Assembly: GCA_048128005.1 (NCBI GenBank)
Contig: JBEUKZ010000008.1
Span: forward strand, 310,001-374,000
Length of the DNA stretch: 64,000 nucleotides
Reading direction: 5' to 3'
DNA from: Veleropilina oligotropha
Lineage: Eukaryota
Part shown: positions 1-12,900 of the stretch, piece by piece
How positions within the stretch are numbered: the stretch's first letter is position 1
Layout: every line of letters starts with the position of its first letter
The notes under the pieces: model-generated
The model's input: only the letters and a program-made list of their open reading frames with translations
What the model was told of the DNA's origin: nothing
Databases searched by the model: none
Position numbers and translations under genes: made by a program

Positions 1-490
1 TTAAGCTCAGCCTAAACAAAGTGTGAGTTTATTGTCATCACCTGAGGCGGGCGGGTGGACGGGCAGGCGGAATATTTGTCTGGATCTTATCTTGGCTTGT
101 ATGCATGTCAGCTTGACGAAACATGGTATGCTAACATGACCTATCATAGCGTGTGGCGATATGATTTTACGTGTGCGACCTTTGACCTTGCCGTTGCGAC
201 CTTTGACACAAAATCCAGGATGCAAGTTTTGTCCGGACCATATCTCGGCTATATGCCATCTTGATTTAATTTTGTTTTCAAGCTTACCTTGACCCACCCT
301 TGGGCATGTCGACATAATTTTCCATGTGCGATCTTTGACCTTGCCCTTGTGACTCTACTCAAAATGTAGAATGAAGCTTTTGTCCGGATATATCATATCA
401 CAGCTTGCATATATGTCAGCTTGATGAATCTTTGTGTACTAACTTACCTTGATGCACCCTAGTGCGCTGCAACTTATTTTCCGTGTACTA
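1..490 (+). repeat. Degenerate interspersed repeat, probably HINE-like with internal tandem units
   Basis: GGGC/GGAC microsatellite near 46-70; recurring tgtgcgacctttgaccttg and ttttgtccgga blocks. Confidence 0.5.
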
Positions 491-845
491 CCTTGGAAAT
501 GCATTGACAAAATTTTCAATATTAAGACGTTTTTTTATTTCGGAATTTTTAAATATTTTTTCATCCAAACTTTTACATGATGGACAGACAGCTAGCAAAG
601 TATTTATATAGCCACTTCTACTGGCAAGGTCAAGATCACAGATTTTATATGGCTGTCTGATTGCTACAGAGTACCCCACAGCTCTGCGTCTGTCTATTTT
701 AATAAACTATTAAACCCCAGTGGTATAACTACGATATTATTAGTTTGACCATGGGCCACGACCATAGAACGACATCACAATTACAATTGTTTTAAATACC
801 GTTTAATGATGTATGCTATGAAACTAAAAAAAATTCTCTTTGCAG

Positions 846-974
846 TGGACAGACCCGATCCCGGCCTGTGTTCTCGTGAAGAGTCGACATGCCAGAATGG
901 CCACTGCATTCCGCGGGACTATATCTGTGACGGGGAGGACGATTGTTCTGACGGCTCCGACGAAGAGGGATGCA
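846..974 (+). CDS. HSPG2: Perlecan exon, LDLa repeat
   Basis: [35 protein letters not shown]; tgcag/gtatgt; phase 1-1. Confidence 0.93.
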
Positions 975-3900
975 GTATGTATGAAGCTTATCCGAAGCTC
1001 TTCATTCATGGAAGAGTTAATTCCCTTTAATGGATGTGATATTAGTAGCATATCAATATATTCTTATGATTCAATTACTGTAGTAATATTATGAGCCATT
1101 TCCTCGTAGAATTGGTGACACCGGTAGCATGGGCTCTCAGTTCACTCGCTTGACTGCTCTGTCTGACAGGAGTGGGTTCGCATCCTCGGCGGGGCACGCT
1201 TTGATCGGTTAATATCACCGTATTTAACCACATCGACGTCAAATATTTATAGCCCGTCTATCTCTCATGATTCAGTACAGTCAAATCAATCTATTATTTA
1301 GCTACAGTAAGGAGATTAAGATCCATTCCCCTGCAGAATTGAGTGGATAAGGAGTGGATTCTCAATTCACTTGCTTGACTGCTTTGTCTGAAAATAGGCA
1401 GTAAACCTACTGAGGCTATCGAGTTTAAATAAAGTATATTATTATTATTATTATTATTATTATGTAATCCTCGGTTTGGCACTCTTTTTTACAGTCACAT
1501 TTGTTCATAAGATAATTAAGGCCAACAAAAAAAATTAAATAGTTTCTCGGGCACCGGCGCGTCAGTCAAAAGTCGGTCGCCATTTGCTTTTTATTGAATA
1601 TGAAAAAATAAAAATTTCGTCTGATTATAATATTTTAATATATCTTTGTACGATTGGATGTAAAACTCATGTTGACTGTATACTTTGCATTGCATAATGT
1701 AATATTGTTTATAATACGAATAAAAATTCTATGTTTTATATCATTTGTTATTTCCATTGTTATCGTTTAAAAATTACTGCTATACATTACACTATAAATA
1801 GCGACTTCACTTGCCCTTTCCTGTCGCGATAAAGCCAGAATGTCTCGGACCGGTATATCCCTACAGTCGGATTTCGCATATAAAAAGGTTTATCTGTGCA
1901 AATTTCTCATAGGCCCAAGGGGTTAATCAATTTTACACATTACAAATGCAAGTTTTTTGTCAAATACTAGTTTTACTGATATTTTAATCGAAAACGATCA
2001 TTCTTATAATGAAATCATTGTTGGGTTATCTCCCTTGAAACAAACGACGGAATAAATTGTCTCCCTTGTAAACTTCGGCTGTTTCCGTACATGCTTTCAT
2101 TTGACACAAATCCTTTTGTTCGAGACATTGACAGACAAGCGGAGTATTGTGCAGACGACAAGATGTTGGTGTCTGCAACAGTAACGAACGGGAGCGTGCG
2201 CTTGAAACCTTGTTCCTGTTACGGAAGGCACGACGGTGCTTGACTTGCATAATGACGTAGTGTCCAAAACGGCCGATGCGGACGACTCGTGGTCAGGTCT
2301 CCCCGATAATTTGATCAACTCATCAACGACGTGTTTTATCGGAAAAAATAAAACGGACGGAGACCGATTATTCATGAACGCTCTAGTAACGGAAGCAGCG
2401 GAAACATTTGGTAGATATGTACGACATGATGCCAGAGTAACAGTATATCATCTAAACTTGTCATTCTATCATTTATATACATGTTTATATTGAATGCATA
2501 AAATTATTATCAGAATATATCCAAAACTTTACTGTGCTTTAATTGTACTGAGACGAATAAAGTGTTTTATGAAGAAATTTGTTTTTTTGATTCATTTCTT
2601 TGAACAATTTCATGGTATTTTAATAAAATTATGTACATTTTATCATATTACGATACAATAAAAAAAAATAAGAAATAAAAAAAAAATTCGCTCGCGCGCG
2701 CACTTTTATGAGGAAAAATGCCTGAGAAACTATTCATTTTTTTTTTGGCCTAATAATTAATAATTTAATGGTCTTATATAGCGCATTATTACGCAAATAT
2801 CTCAATGCGCTGAACAGTATTATTTATTACCCCTGGTTATGGGCCTGTTCCACTCGATATACCCTCTCAACTCCCTCTGGGAGCATTACGGTCATTTACA
2901 CGCGGTTAGCACCATGACTTACATAACTGCCAACCAGGTACCCATTCAGATCGGCTAGGTCGACCGAGGCAAATATATGCTTATTTCCTTGCCCAAGTGA
3001 AATCGCCAAACTTTGGGGGCGAACTCGAGACTCTGTGACTCGAGTCCTGGCATGACCAACCCACTGAGCCACGATGGTTTTACCCCACGATAATATGGAT
3101 ATGTTCTGTTATGAACTGAACATTAATCAATGATACAAACCAGATCAAATCTAACTATTTCCTTCTTGTCTGCTATAGGCACACCATTACCTTGCGAGCC
3201 TAATGAATTTAAGTGCTACAACGGTCGCTGTGCCATGAAGATTTGGAGGTGCGATGGGGACAATGACTGTGGAGACATGTCAGACGAACAAAACTGCCGT
3301 AAGTTAGAACTGTCAGCGTGGTTAGTGCCATGACTTACATAAATCAGTTCAATATCTCGCTTAAACCTGTTTCCGAAATTCTATCATAGAAATTATTTAA
3401 AATTCAACATTGGACCTAGCTGGTCTTTGTTTGCAATCGGCAAGAAATTTGCACATAGGTCCACAGCCACACAATAACTACAAAAATTCCTCTTGTTTGC
3501 GGTAAAACTTTCTGGCTGGATTAATCATGAAACAAGGAGGAAGCCTATTCATTTTCACCAATACAGTTTAAAATATCACTGACTTCTGGCCATTTATTGG
3601 AAACATCACAATTTCTTTTGCCGCATATGTAAGACCGATGACTAAGTGTAAGAAAGCAAGATAGCGAGACAGTGAGAGAGCGAAATAGCGAGAAAGCGAG
3701 ATACTGAACTGATTTTAGGGCAATCACTTCATGTAAGACTTGTGAACGTGAAAAATATAATAATGGTAAAGAACCCTAACACAGACCCTAATGCCCATGG
3801 AATATATGCCTAAACCTAAATTGCATATATTCCATGGGCATTAGGGTCAGTGTTAGTAAGCAGGGTTCGTTACCATTATAATATTCGCTCTAAATCACTT

Positions 3901-6900
3901 CCGAATCTCACCTAAACCAGTTTTCGAAACTCGCTTTCTCACTGTCTCGCACTTCATCACTGGTCTTCCATAGTCGCATGATAACTAAAAAAGATTTTAT
4001 TATATCACCTTAAATTTTCGTTATTGAAAACCACATACACAAATTTGTTTACGGATGATAATTCAAAAATTGTTTCTTGTTTAACCATAACGCTTGTCCC
4101 CTGGATTATGCAGGAAAAATGAATACGCAGAAATACTTGTACCATTACCGATGTCATATACTTCTGGCACTTGAGATATCCATATTAAACTGGCCAGAAA
4201 GAGCGCTTCAGGCCTTTCTCTTATGATTATATGGACATGATCTGGTATGATCATGAAAGGTGATAAATGGGACATAAAGCATCGATCCAATTCAAACCTC
4301 AATTCGTGTGTGCGTGTGTTGTCTTGTTTATATCGCTCATTTTGTGTGTTGAAATGTTGAATTTCTGTTTCCTCTAGCGACTGGAAACCCGGGCGACTTT
4401 TGCGCTCCTGACGAATTCAGCTGTACCAATGGTGACCAGTGTGTGCCGGCCAGCTATCACTGCGATGGGGAGATTGACTGCCGAGATCGCTCGGATGAAG
4501 TCGCATGCTGTAAGTTGCGTGTGAACAAAATACGTTAACAAAACCCTGCTGTCCGCTGGGCAATTATTAGCGGACTGGATCATTGTCATCCTAAGTACCA
4601 GTTAAAAATTTGAGTACACCTGTTGAAAACAATGATTTTTCATATTTGACAACGTTTTATTCCAAAAAAGTATCACTAAGCACATCTAAAGTATAAATAA
4701 ACACATATAACAACTAAAATATCAAGGAATATGAATTAAGAGTGCCACAAACTCGTAAAATGTCTATAAATCTTTGATATCTCGAAATAGCCACTTTTGG
4801 CTTGGATAACTTTCACAAGTACGTGGCATTCGGTTTACAAGTTTCGCAAGATAATCACCCAATACGTCTTCCAGCTTTCCTTCTGCAATTTCCAGAGGTG
4901 TGTGCCACTAGTGAGTTGTTTCACTGTCACTCCTCTGTCCTGTTCATCCCATACCGACAATCTCGGATGGAGAACCGGTGACTGGAGATGTCACGTCATA
5001 ATTTTGAGATGTCCGCCATTCTCACTTTCCATCAGATAGTTCTTGCACAAATTTGATGTAATTTTGTGGTTGCTATCTTTTTGAAAACAAATGAATGTCC
5101 TACTAACCGTTATCCTGATGGAATGGCGTGTCTCTGCGGTATGCTGTGGCAGTCATGTTGGTAGATGATACCAAGAACCATGATACAGATCGCTTTAACT
5201 TTCCTAGCAAAACATCCCCAGACCACGACGCTGTCCCACCCATGTTTGACAAGGGGAACAACACCTACAACTCTTGTGCTCACCCTCCCTGCATCTGACA
5301 AACACTACATAGAGGATCTCATATGAGTGGTAATGTAATATCACATTTATGAAACGAGTTTAACTAATTTTCATATTTTCCGAGGCTTGCCGAGGAAAAT
5401 ATGAAAATTAGTTAAACGAGTTTCATAAATGTGATATTACATTACCACGAGTGTGAGGTTCTGTTTATCACATATCGCTCTTCGGTAGGAAACAAACTAC
5501 AAACTCACGAAATTGCCTCACCGGTACGAAGAATCAGCGGTAGATTGAAGGCGACATTACGGCGTAGTGATATGTAAACAGTTTAATGCAAAAAGGACGT
5601 GTTTACTCATTACATAAATTAGTAACATTAATGCCGTCTAAAAAGAGTGCGAAAGTAGTTGATTAATTAAGTTAATTAATAAATATTCTTTGAAAATGAA
5701 CCGATATAACTTTATATAAACTATATGAACATATTAGAATAACAATTTTCATTAGGATTTAAAACTATCTGCCAAAAACAGTAACGGTGGATAGGCTATG
5801 TGTCGCTGACCGGTTAGAATCTGTCATTGACGTCTGCTATCGCGGAGAAGCTATGTATACATGTATACGTACCTCGGGTCCTGCATATATGTGATTGTCG
5901 CGTCCGCAATCTCGTTACCTCAAAATCAGTTCCAATAATCTCTAACATGTTGTTGTTTTGTGGCCGTTGCTATAAATGTTTCCACTATCGCCGCCATATT
6001 GTCAACATTACAAATATTGGCGGCAATCTCATTAAACAAAACGTAGTAAAAACAAGAAGTCCGCTCGACCTTTAGTGACACGCATTTCTATTGGCTGTTC
6101 TAATTTCATTCATTAATTCATCCAATCGCATTTGGATATGGCAAAAACACACGTTGATTACGACGAATAATACACGGTGTTGCACTATGGGAGAATGACC
6201 TAGATATGTGATAAAGTCTGATCCAAATATTTAAGATTTTGACTCATCCATTCATAAGACTGATTCCACTCGTCATATGTTCATGTGTTTTTGGCACAGA
6301 AAAATCATTACTTCTTACTAGTATTTGTAACTATGTAACTAATATTTATATTTATAACTCTCAGTAGTGCTTTCTTTGCCTCAATTTATCATGTTAGTTC
6401 AGCATCACGCAACCTCCTCTGAACCATGCATGTCGAAGCGTCAATACTCCTGGTGCATTTAACTGATCTTGCATTACAGGGGCAGTCAATCGCAAGTTTC
6501 GGAGACTTGTGACTCGAATGAACTTAATTTCAGATTTGTGGCGCACCAATGGGTCTGCCTGACGTCTTGCGGTCCTCACGACTATATATGTGTGTACTAA
6601 CCGTTGGACGGTTTTGACCAGTGTAGTGACAGACAATTGCAAATTTGTGCACGATTGACCCTCATTTCTCAAATTTAGTACAGACTGTCACTTTTCGTTA
6701 CTTATCTGGACTGTTGTGGCAATTTTACAACACCATTATAATCAAAAGAATAAAAAGTTACCTTTCAGAGTCTAGTAGATAGCTCAACAGAGCTTTTGTA
6801 CCCATTGCGGTCACTTCATCAGTGTAGGGTGGCGCGTATTCCTCCACGTCACATGACCAACACAGGGTTGACCATGTGACAATAGCCGGTTATAGATGAC

Positions 6901-9900
6901 TGGCAACTCATATCTGATGTCACGGTTGAGGGTGGGGGACTCAGTCCTGATTTCTATGGACTCGCGAGTTTTACGTCTCCACGTGTCTTCTTCTCTGGCG
7001 ATAATCTGGACATCACCAGTCGTGATATTATGCTGGTGGTCCTGTCGGTGCTCAACGACCGCTGTGAGGGGGGCACGTAGAGATAGATGGTCCTTCATTC
7101 TGGCGGCAAGTGGTCTGCCTGTCTCTCCCACGTACGTGTTCTGACAATCAGGACAGGTGATTTTGTAAACCACTCCACAATTCTTCTCGTCCGGGGTCTT
7201 ATCCTTCGGATGTACCAAAAGCGATCTGATGGTATTAATCGGCTTGTGATAGGTCGGGACTCCATGTTGTCTGAAAATGTTGGAAAGCTTATCACACATG
7301 CCGCTGACATATGGAAAACCCACACTCCGAGGTCTTGATTGTTGTTGGCCATCAGGAGTGGTGGTAATGGGGTCTCGAGTACGGCGTTGAGGTAACTTGA
7401 ACATCCAGGATGGATAGCCATTCGGATTCACGTGTTTACGATCGAGATCTTTATCCCTGTCTGTCGTGACAAGTTGGTCGGCACGGTTGATTAAAGTTTG
7501 GACTACAGACCGTTTGTGTTCAAGATAGTGGTTCGAGTTGAAATTTAAATACTGGTCGGTGTGAGTGGGCTTTCTGTATATTGTTATCTTGATGGTGGCA
7601 TCTTCCTGGAGATGAATGTTGGTAACCAGGAAAGCAAGATGTCCATCCACTTCCAACTCCGATGTAAACTTGATGCGAGGGTCGATGTTGTTAATGTGTT
7701 CAGTGAAACCTGTGATGGCATATTCATGGATAACAACGAAAGTGTCGTCTACATATCGATGCCATATATGGGGTGGGGTGGGGCAGTAGCGATGGCATGC
7801 TGTTCAAAACGTTCCGTGTAGAGGTTTGCTACAATAGGCGACACCGGCGACCCCATAGCTGCCCCATGGGTCTGCGAGTAGATATTCCCTCTATAGCTGA
7901 AATAGGTGGTCTTCAGACAAAAAGCTAGTAGTTCAAGTACTTGAGCTTTGGATAGAGGGGTCCTCACTGATAGGGTGTCGTCTTCGTTTAGTCGTTCCTC
8001 CACCGCTTTCAGAGCCTCATCACATGGGATGCTGGTAAAAAACGCTGATACATCGTACGATATCATTTTCCTACCCGTGGAATTTCCAGTTGTCGTATTT
8101 TCTCCACGAAGTCACCACTGTTCTTGATATGGTGTGGGGATTTGCCAACCAGTGGGGGTAAGGATTTGCGCTAATACCTTGGCTGCTTGGTATGTGATAC
8201 CTCCCATACTGGCAACAATTGGGCGTAATGGAGCATTAGCCTTGTGGATCTTTGGTGTGTCTCTTCTGAGGTGGGATAGATACGATATTTCAGGTATCGT
8301 GGTATGGGGTTAGTTCTTTGCCAATTTGACAGAATCTCTATGAGTTGGCATTTGTATTTGGCTGTGGGATATTTTTTCATCAGCTTATTTATAGAGGTTG
8401 GTATCGCTGAGCAGTGTATTCATTTTGTCCTCATATTCAGTGGTGTTCATTACTACCGTTGCTCTGCCTTTGTCTGCTGGTAGGATTGTGATGGTTTTGT
8501 CCTTATTAAGTTTTCCGAGCGCCTGGTGTTCATTCTTAGAGATGTTGCTTTTAGGCACCCGTGTGTGTTTTAATACATTTATTGACCTCTGCCCTCAGAC
8601 TCTGAGCTAGTGTCTGGCTGATTTGTCGGCAAGCCACTTCTGTACTGACGATGTAATCTTTGAAGGGCATGTCGCACGGGGAAATGGCATAATTGAGACC
8701 TCGTTTGAGGACTGCTTCTTCATGCTGGCTGATGGTACGGTCGGAGATGTTGATAAGCCACTTGTTTTTGTTGGTGGTATAATCCGGGGGTAACTGGTTT
8801 AGTTGTTTACGTTTGGCATTCGCGAGTTTATCGAACTTTTCCCATTGTTTGCATTTTTTCGCTTCGAAAACTTCACCTATAGCCGGCTATTGTCACATGG
8901 TCAACCCTGTGTTGGTCATGTGATTCGGAGGGATACGCGCCACTCTACACTGATGAAGTGACCGCGATGGTTACGAAAGCTCTGTTGAGTAATCTACTAG
9001 ACTCTGAAAGGTAACTTTTTATTCTTTCTATCGTGATAACAGAGTCCGATAATAACATCTATGCGAATACCATTATAATCATTAATAAGAAATGTGTGCA
9101 ATTGCGAATTAAATATATTGTTCACATGGACTCACACTTGTTTATACGATTAACTGTGATTCAATGGAAGAGAACATGTGTGATTGAACACAAAGTGCAT
9201 ATACATATAAAAGATAAATAGATACATTTAGCCCGTAATATAACACAGAGTTGCACACATTTCAGACTCTTTTGCTAATTTGGGATTCGGAATATAATCC
9301 TTTTGCTGGGCAAGCAATTGTTGAGTATTTTGAGGAATCGGAGATATACAGAAATTTGTCAAGTTTCTTGAACATTTCTCTATTATTCATGAATTTGTCG
9401 AGTTATATGATTGTGTTTAAAATTATGGATAAAACTTGATCATAAAACTTGATCATATATCAAATATTATTGTTTTCAGTGGGTGTACTCTAACTTTTGA
9501 CTGGTACTGTATGTTTTATTACAATGCATTATTGTAAAACATGTAACCCAGTTATCGCAATAGTTTTACATTTTTGCGCTGCATTCAAGATTCATTGTTT
9601 ATTTTATGGAAGGGGGTACAGATGCACCTGATCTTTTTAGCTCCACTGTGATGGAGTCAGCAGAGGATTTCTGATACTTTGAGTTCAAATGTGAATATCT
9701 CCATTTTCTCCTTTGGCACGAGCCTTCCTTATGATGTTCTGAACATATCCTGAAAAGTTAGAAAATTCTACGTCCCGATTTTTACCTTTTGGGACTTTGA
9801 AAATATACTTCTGTGCCAAGATTTCCCATGACAAGTGAATAGCTCAAAAACCCTCTGATAACTTTTTCTCAAATTAGGCGTGATCATTACTTATGATGTA

Positions 9901-12900
9901 CTTAACTTATTCTGCAATAAATGTACGTCCTGGTTTTCATGAAATTTCCGAATTTGGACTTTGCCAAGACAGCTTTCCTGCATATTATTGTTGTGCTAAT
10001 ACATGGGGAAGTGCTGACCATATTTATAAAGTTGTGTGATGTACATCCCTTCGCAACAGAGCTATATAGGTCGACAGGCCTCTTGTTGTATATTTTGACT
10101 TTTGTTCCATTCTCAGTGTTAGAGGAAGCATAATTAGCTGTATCGCAAATGTATTGGAAATACATTAATTTTGTCTGAGTGTTATCTTGAATGTGTATTT
10201 AATTTCAGCTAAGCCGACTGTTATTATTCCGCCGGTTCCCAATATCGATGTAGAAATAGGTGGCACAATCAACATTTTCTGTGAGGCTATCGGCAATCCA
10301 ACCCCGATTATTGTCTGGCGTTTGAACTGGGGTAACATACCTACAGGGACTCGAGTCCTGGCCACTACAGAAAACGGGCGTGGTCGTCTGATCATATCTG
10401 GTGCCACTCCGACAGACTCTGGTGCCTATACCTGTGAGGCAATCAACAACATTGGTAGCATATTCGCCATCCCAGACGCAATTGTGATTGTGCGAGGTAA
10501 ATATTTGCTTCAAGAAATTAATGTATGCTATGTGAACTTCTGAATGTCAATATAGTGTCAAGACATTTTAGCGGCCTCGTCGGTAAGTGATTGGCGCATC
10601 GACGGACACTCAACCGAGACTGTTACGCGGACCCAGATTCGAGGCCAGCCTTCGGCGGCTTATTCTACTGCTTAACGTAATGGAAGGCACATGCCCTTTA
10701 TGTCAGTCAGATCAGAGTGAGACCTTAAGAACCATGTGTCCAGACTGGGATAAGCCTGAAAAATGACCAAAAGTGATTGTAACGCAAAGTTTCCAATCAA
10801 TTTACCAACTTTAGTGTAACCATTTGGGTAGTGTATTTTCTACCAGGAGGCACTCTGTAAATTAGGGAGTACGGTGTTGAAACATGTGCCACTAAGCCTA
10901 TAGAATAGCACTTATGTCACTGCCCCACTCTCGGGCTTAAATGTATATCATGTGCCTTTATTAATTTGACGCTGGTTATATTTTACGTCATTATGTCACC
11001 GTGGCTCAGTGGTAGATCATGGGCCTCTCAGCGAGAGGTTACAGCTTCAATAGTTTCAGGAATAAGCATAATATGTGTGTCGGTTCATCCAGCCAACTTA
11101 ACTCATTACGTACCAAGCCCGCCTTTTGACGTTGTATTTATGTGCTCCGAGTCCCCAATCACGTCTACAGACGTGCTAAATTCACCCTGTATAATCCCCA
11201 TGCCCGTCAAAAAGCGGGCCCGACGTCGCGTGTTACAAAGTCGCTGATTTGCGACAGTCTGTAGCTCTCCATGCAATAGTTGACCAATAAAACGATGTCT
11301 TTTAAGTCTTGTTTGGCAATTTGTTTTTGTTTTCATTGGCTAGTATGATTTAAGCATATGCAAACCCGCGAAACTGGGTCAAATTTAACACCTGGCAGTG
11401 ACTGGCCAGACAGTGACATCACAGCATGACGCGCTTTTGTTTACAACTTAGAATGCAGGATCGACAACACTAAATCTTGTCAGACTAAAACAGCTAGATG
11501 TCACAGTGTAATATTATGTCTAGAAAATGTTGAATGATAGCTGATATTAATTAGCTTGGTGATGTGTTTAAACATATACCCTACCGTGTGACGCGAGATG
11601 CAACCCAAGCTACGACAAAACGTATATAAAATGTAGTCTAAATTTGCCGCAATAAAATTGCGCCAAGAAAGTTAAGCAGTTATTATATCGTGACAAATCC
11701 ATTTTGTTGAATAAAATGAATTATGGAATACTTTAACAAAAATATTGATCCATTACCATAAATGAAAACGAAATTAATGTATCGGTATTAATTTTAAATA
11801 GTTTCCCTGTAATATGGCGAAAGCAATACGGCGAATGTACCCAAGTGAGTACATTCGCCGTATTACTTTCGCTTTACGCCTATGGTGAAATGGCGATGTA
11901 TTTTTTATGCATCGTTTTTACAAGTCCATGCATTCCAAGTTTTACTTAAATATTGTTCGAATAATATATAAATTGTATTTCTAGCATGAGGATTAAGCTT
12001 TTAAGCATATTATAAATTGGCTTGTCATGCCGCGATCCCGGATACGGGGGTCGTTCATTTATTGTGGATTCGAAGACATCGATGTTACATCATATACATT
12101 ATTATTTATATTAAAAATATCATAATAAATATTAATATGTATACTTAAACATTACTTTAAATCCGAAACAACAATTTTCGAGCGTACAGCATCAGAAATC
12201 ATTGGGGTCAAATAGAGATTCCCTTGTTTTGGCGATAACTAATGCAGCCATTTTGACTGTGCATCGAATCGTGTTTTCTGGGTCATGCTGATATGTTTAA
12301 AGACACGTGCTGGCTTTATATTTGACGATAGAGGTTCTTTTCGACATATTTTTGAACAATTGATAATTTTAAATGCTATTTTAACTTTCTCGGTAATTAT
12401 GTCAACAATATAATAGTTATCCCGACGAAAATACGTGCGTTTATAAATCGGGAATTCGCCGTCGCCCTATTCAGAATGGACAAGTTTTGGAAGTTGGAAT
12501 AAAATGGACCGGTGAGGTGTTTTCATGTTTATTTTACTAAAATTTAGTATATGTAACTATCGCTGTATGTTATTGACATTTGTAGATATTGAAAACGATA
12601 TGAAAATAATTTATTTATTTATTAACACACTTTTTCCACAATGTGATTGTGTCAAACTTTTGCGATATTTTAAAACGGCAAACACGCGTGATGTTAACTT
12701 CGAGCCAATGGCTGTATTTACTATTTGCATTCGCAATAGTATTATATGAATATCATGTTAAATTTTCAACTTCACTATTCTTCTAAATTAAATATTCTTT
12801 TTAAAATCATGAAGATAAATATATATTGTCAATAAAAAATTGTTGTAAACAAGACTTACCATCGTACAACCATAATAACAACGTATTGCAGATTTTATTT

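Larger units (their letters stand above)
6745..9068 (-). mobile_element. Penelope-like retroelement (RT + GIY-YIG), 5'-truncated, with inverted pLTR
   Basis: RT motifs [54 protein letters not shown]. About 150-bp inverted repeats 6745-6895 / 8877-9027; 13-bp TSD accattataatca at 6732-6744 and 9069-9081. Confidence 0.93.
4594..9509 (-). mobile_element. Decayed Tc1 (DD34E-type) transposon hosting two nested insertions
   Basis: TIRs agtaccagttaaaaatttgagtacacc / gggtgtactctaacttttgactggtactg with TA flanks. Minus-strand remnants: [16 protein letters not shown] (HTH), [35 protein letters not shown]. Confidence 0.9.

Noticed and set aside
11147..12075. Possible TIR element
   Set aside because: Terminal similarity too weak to define boundaries by eye
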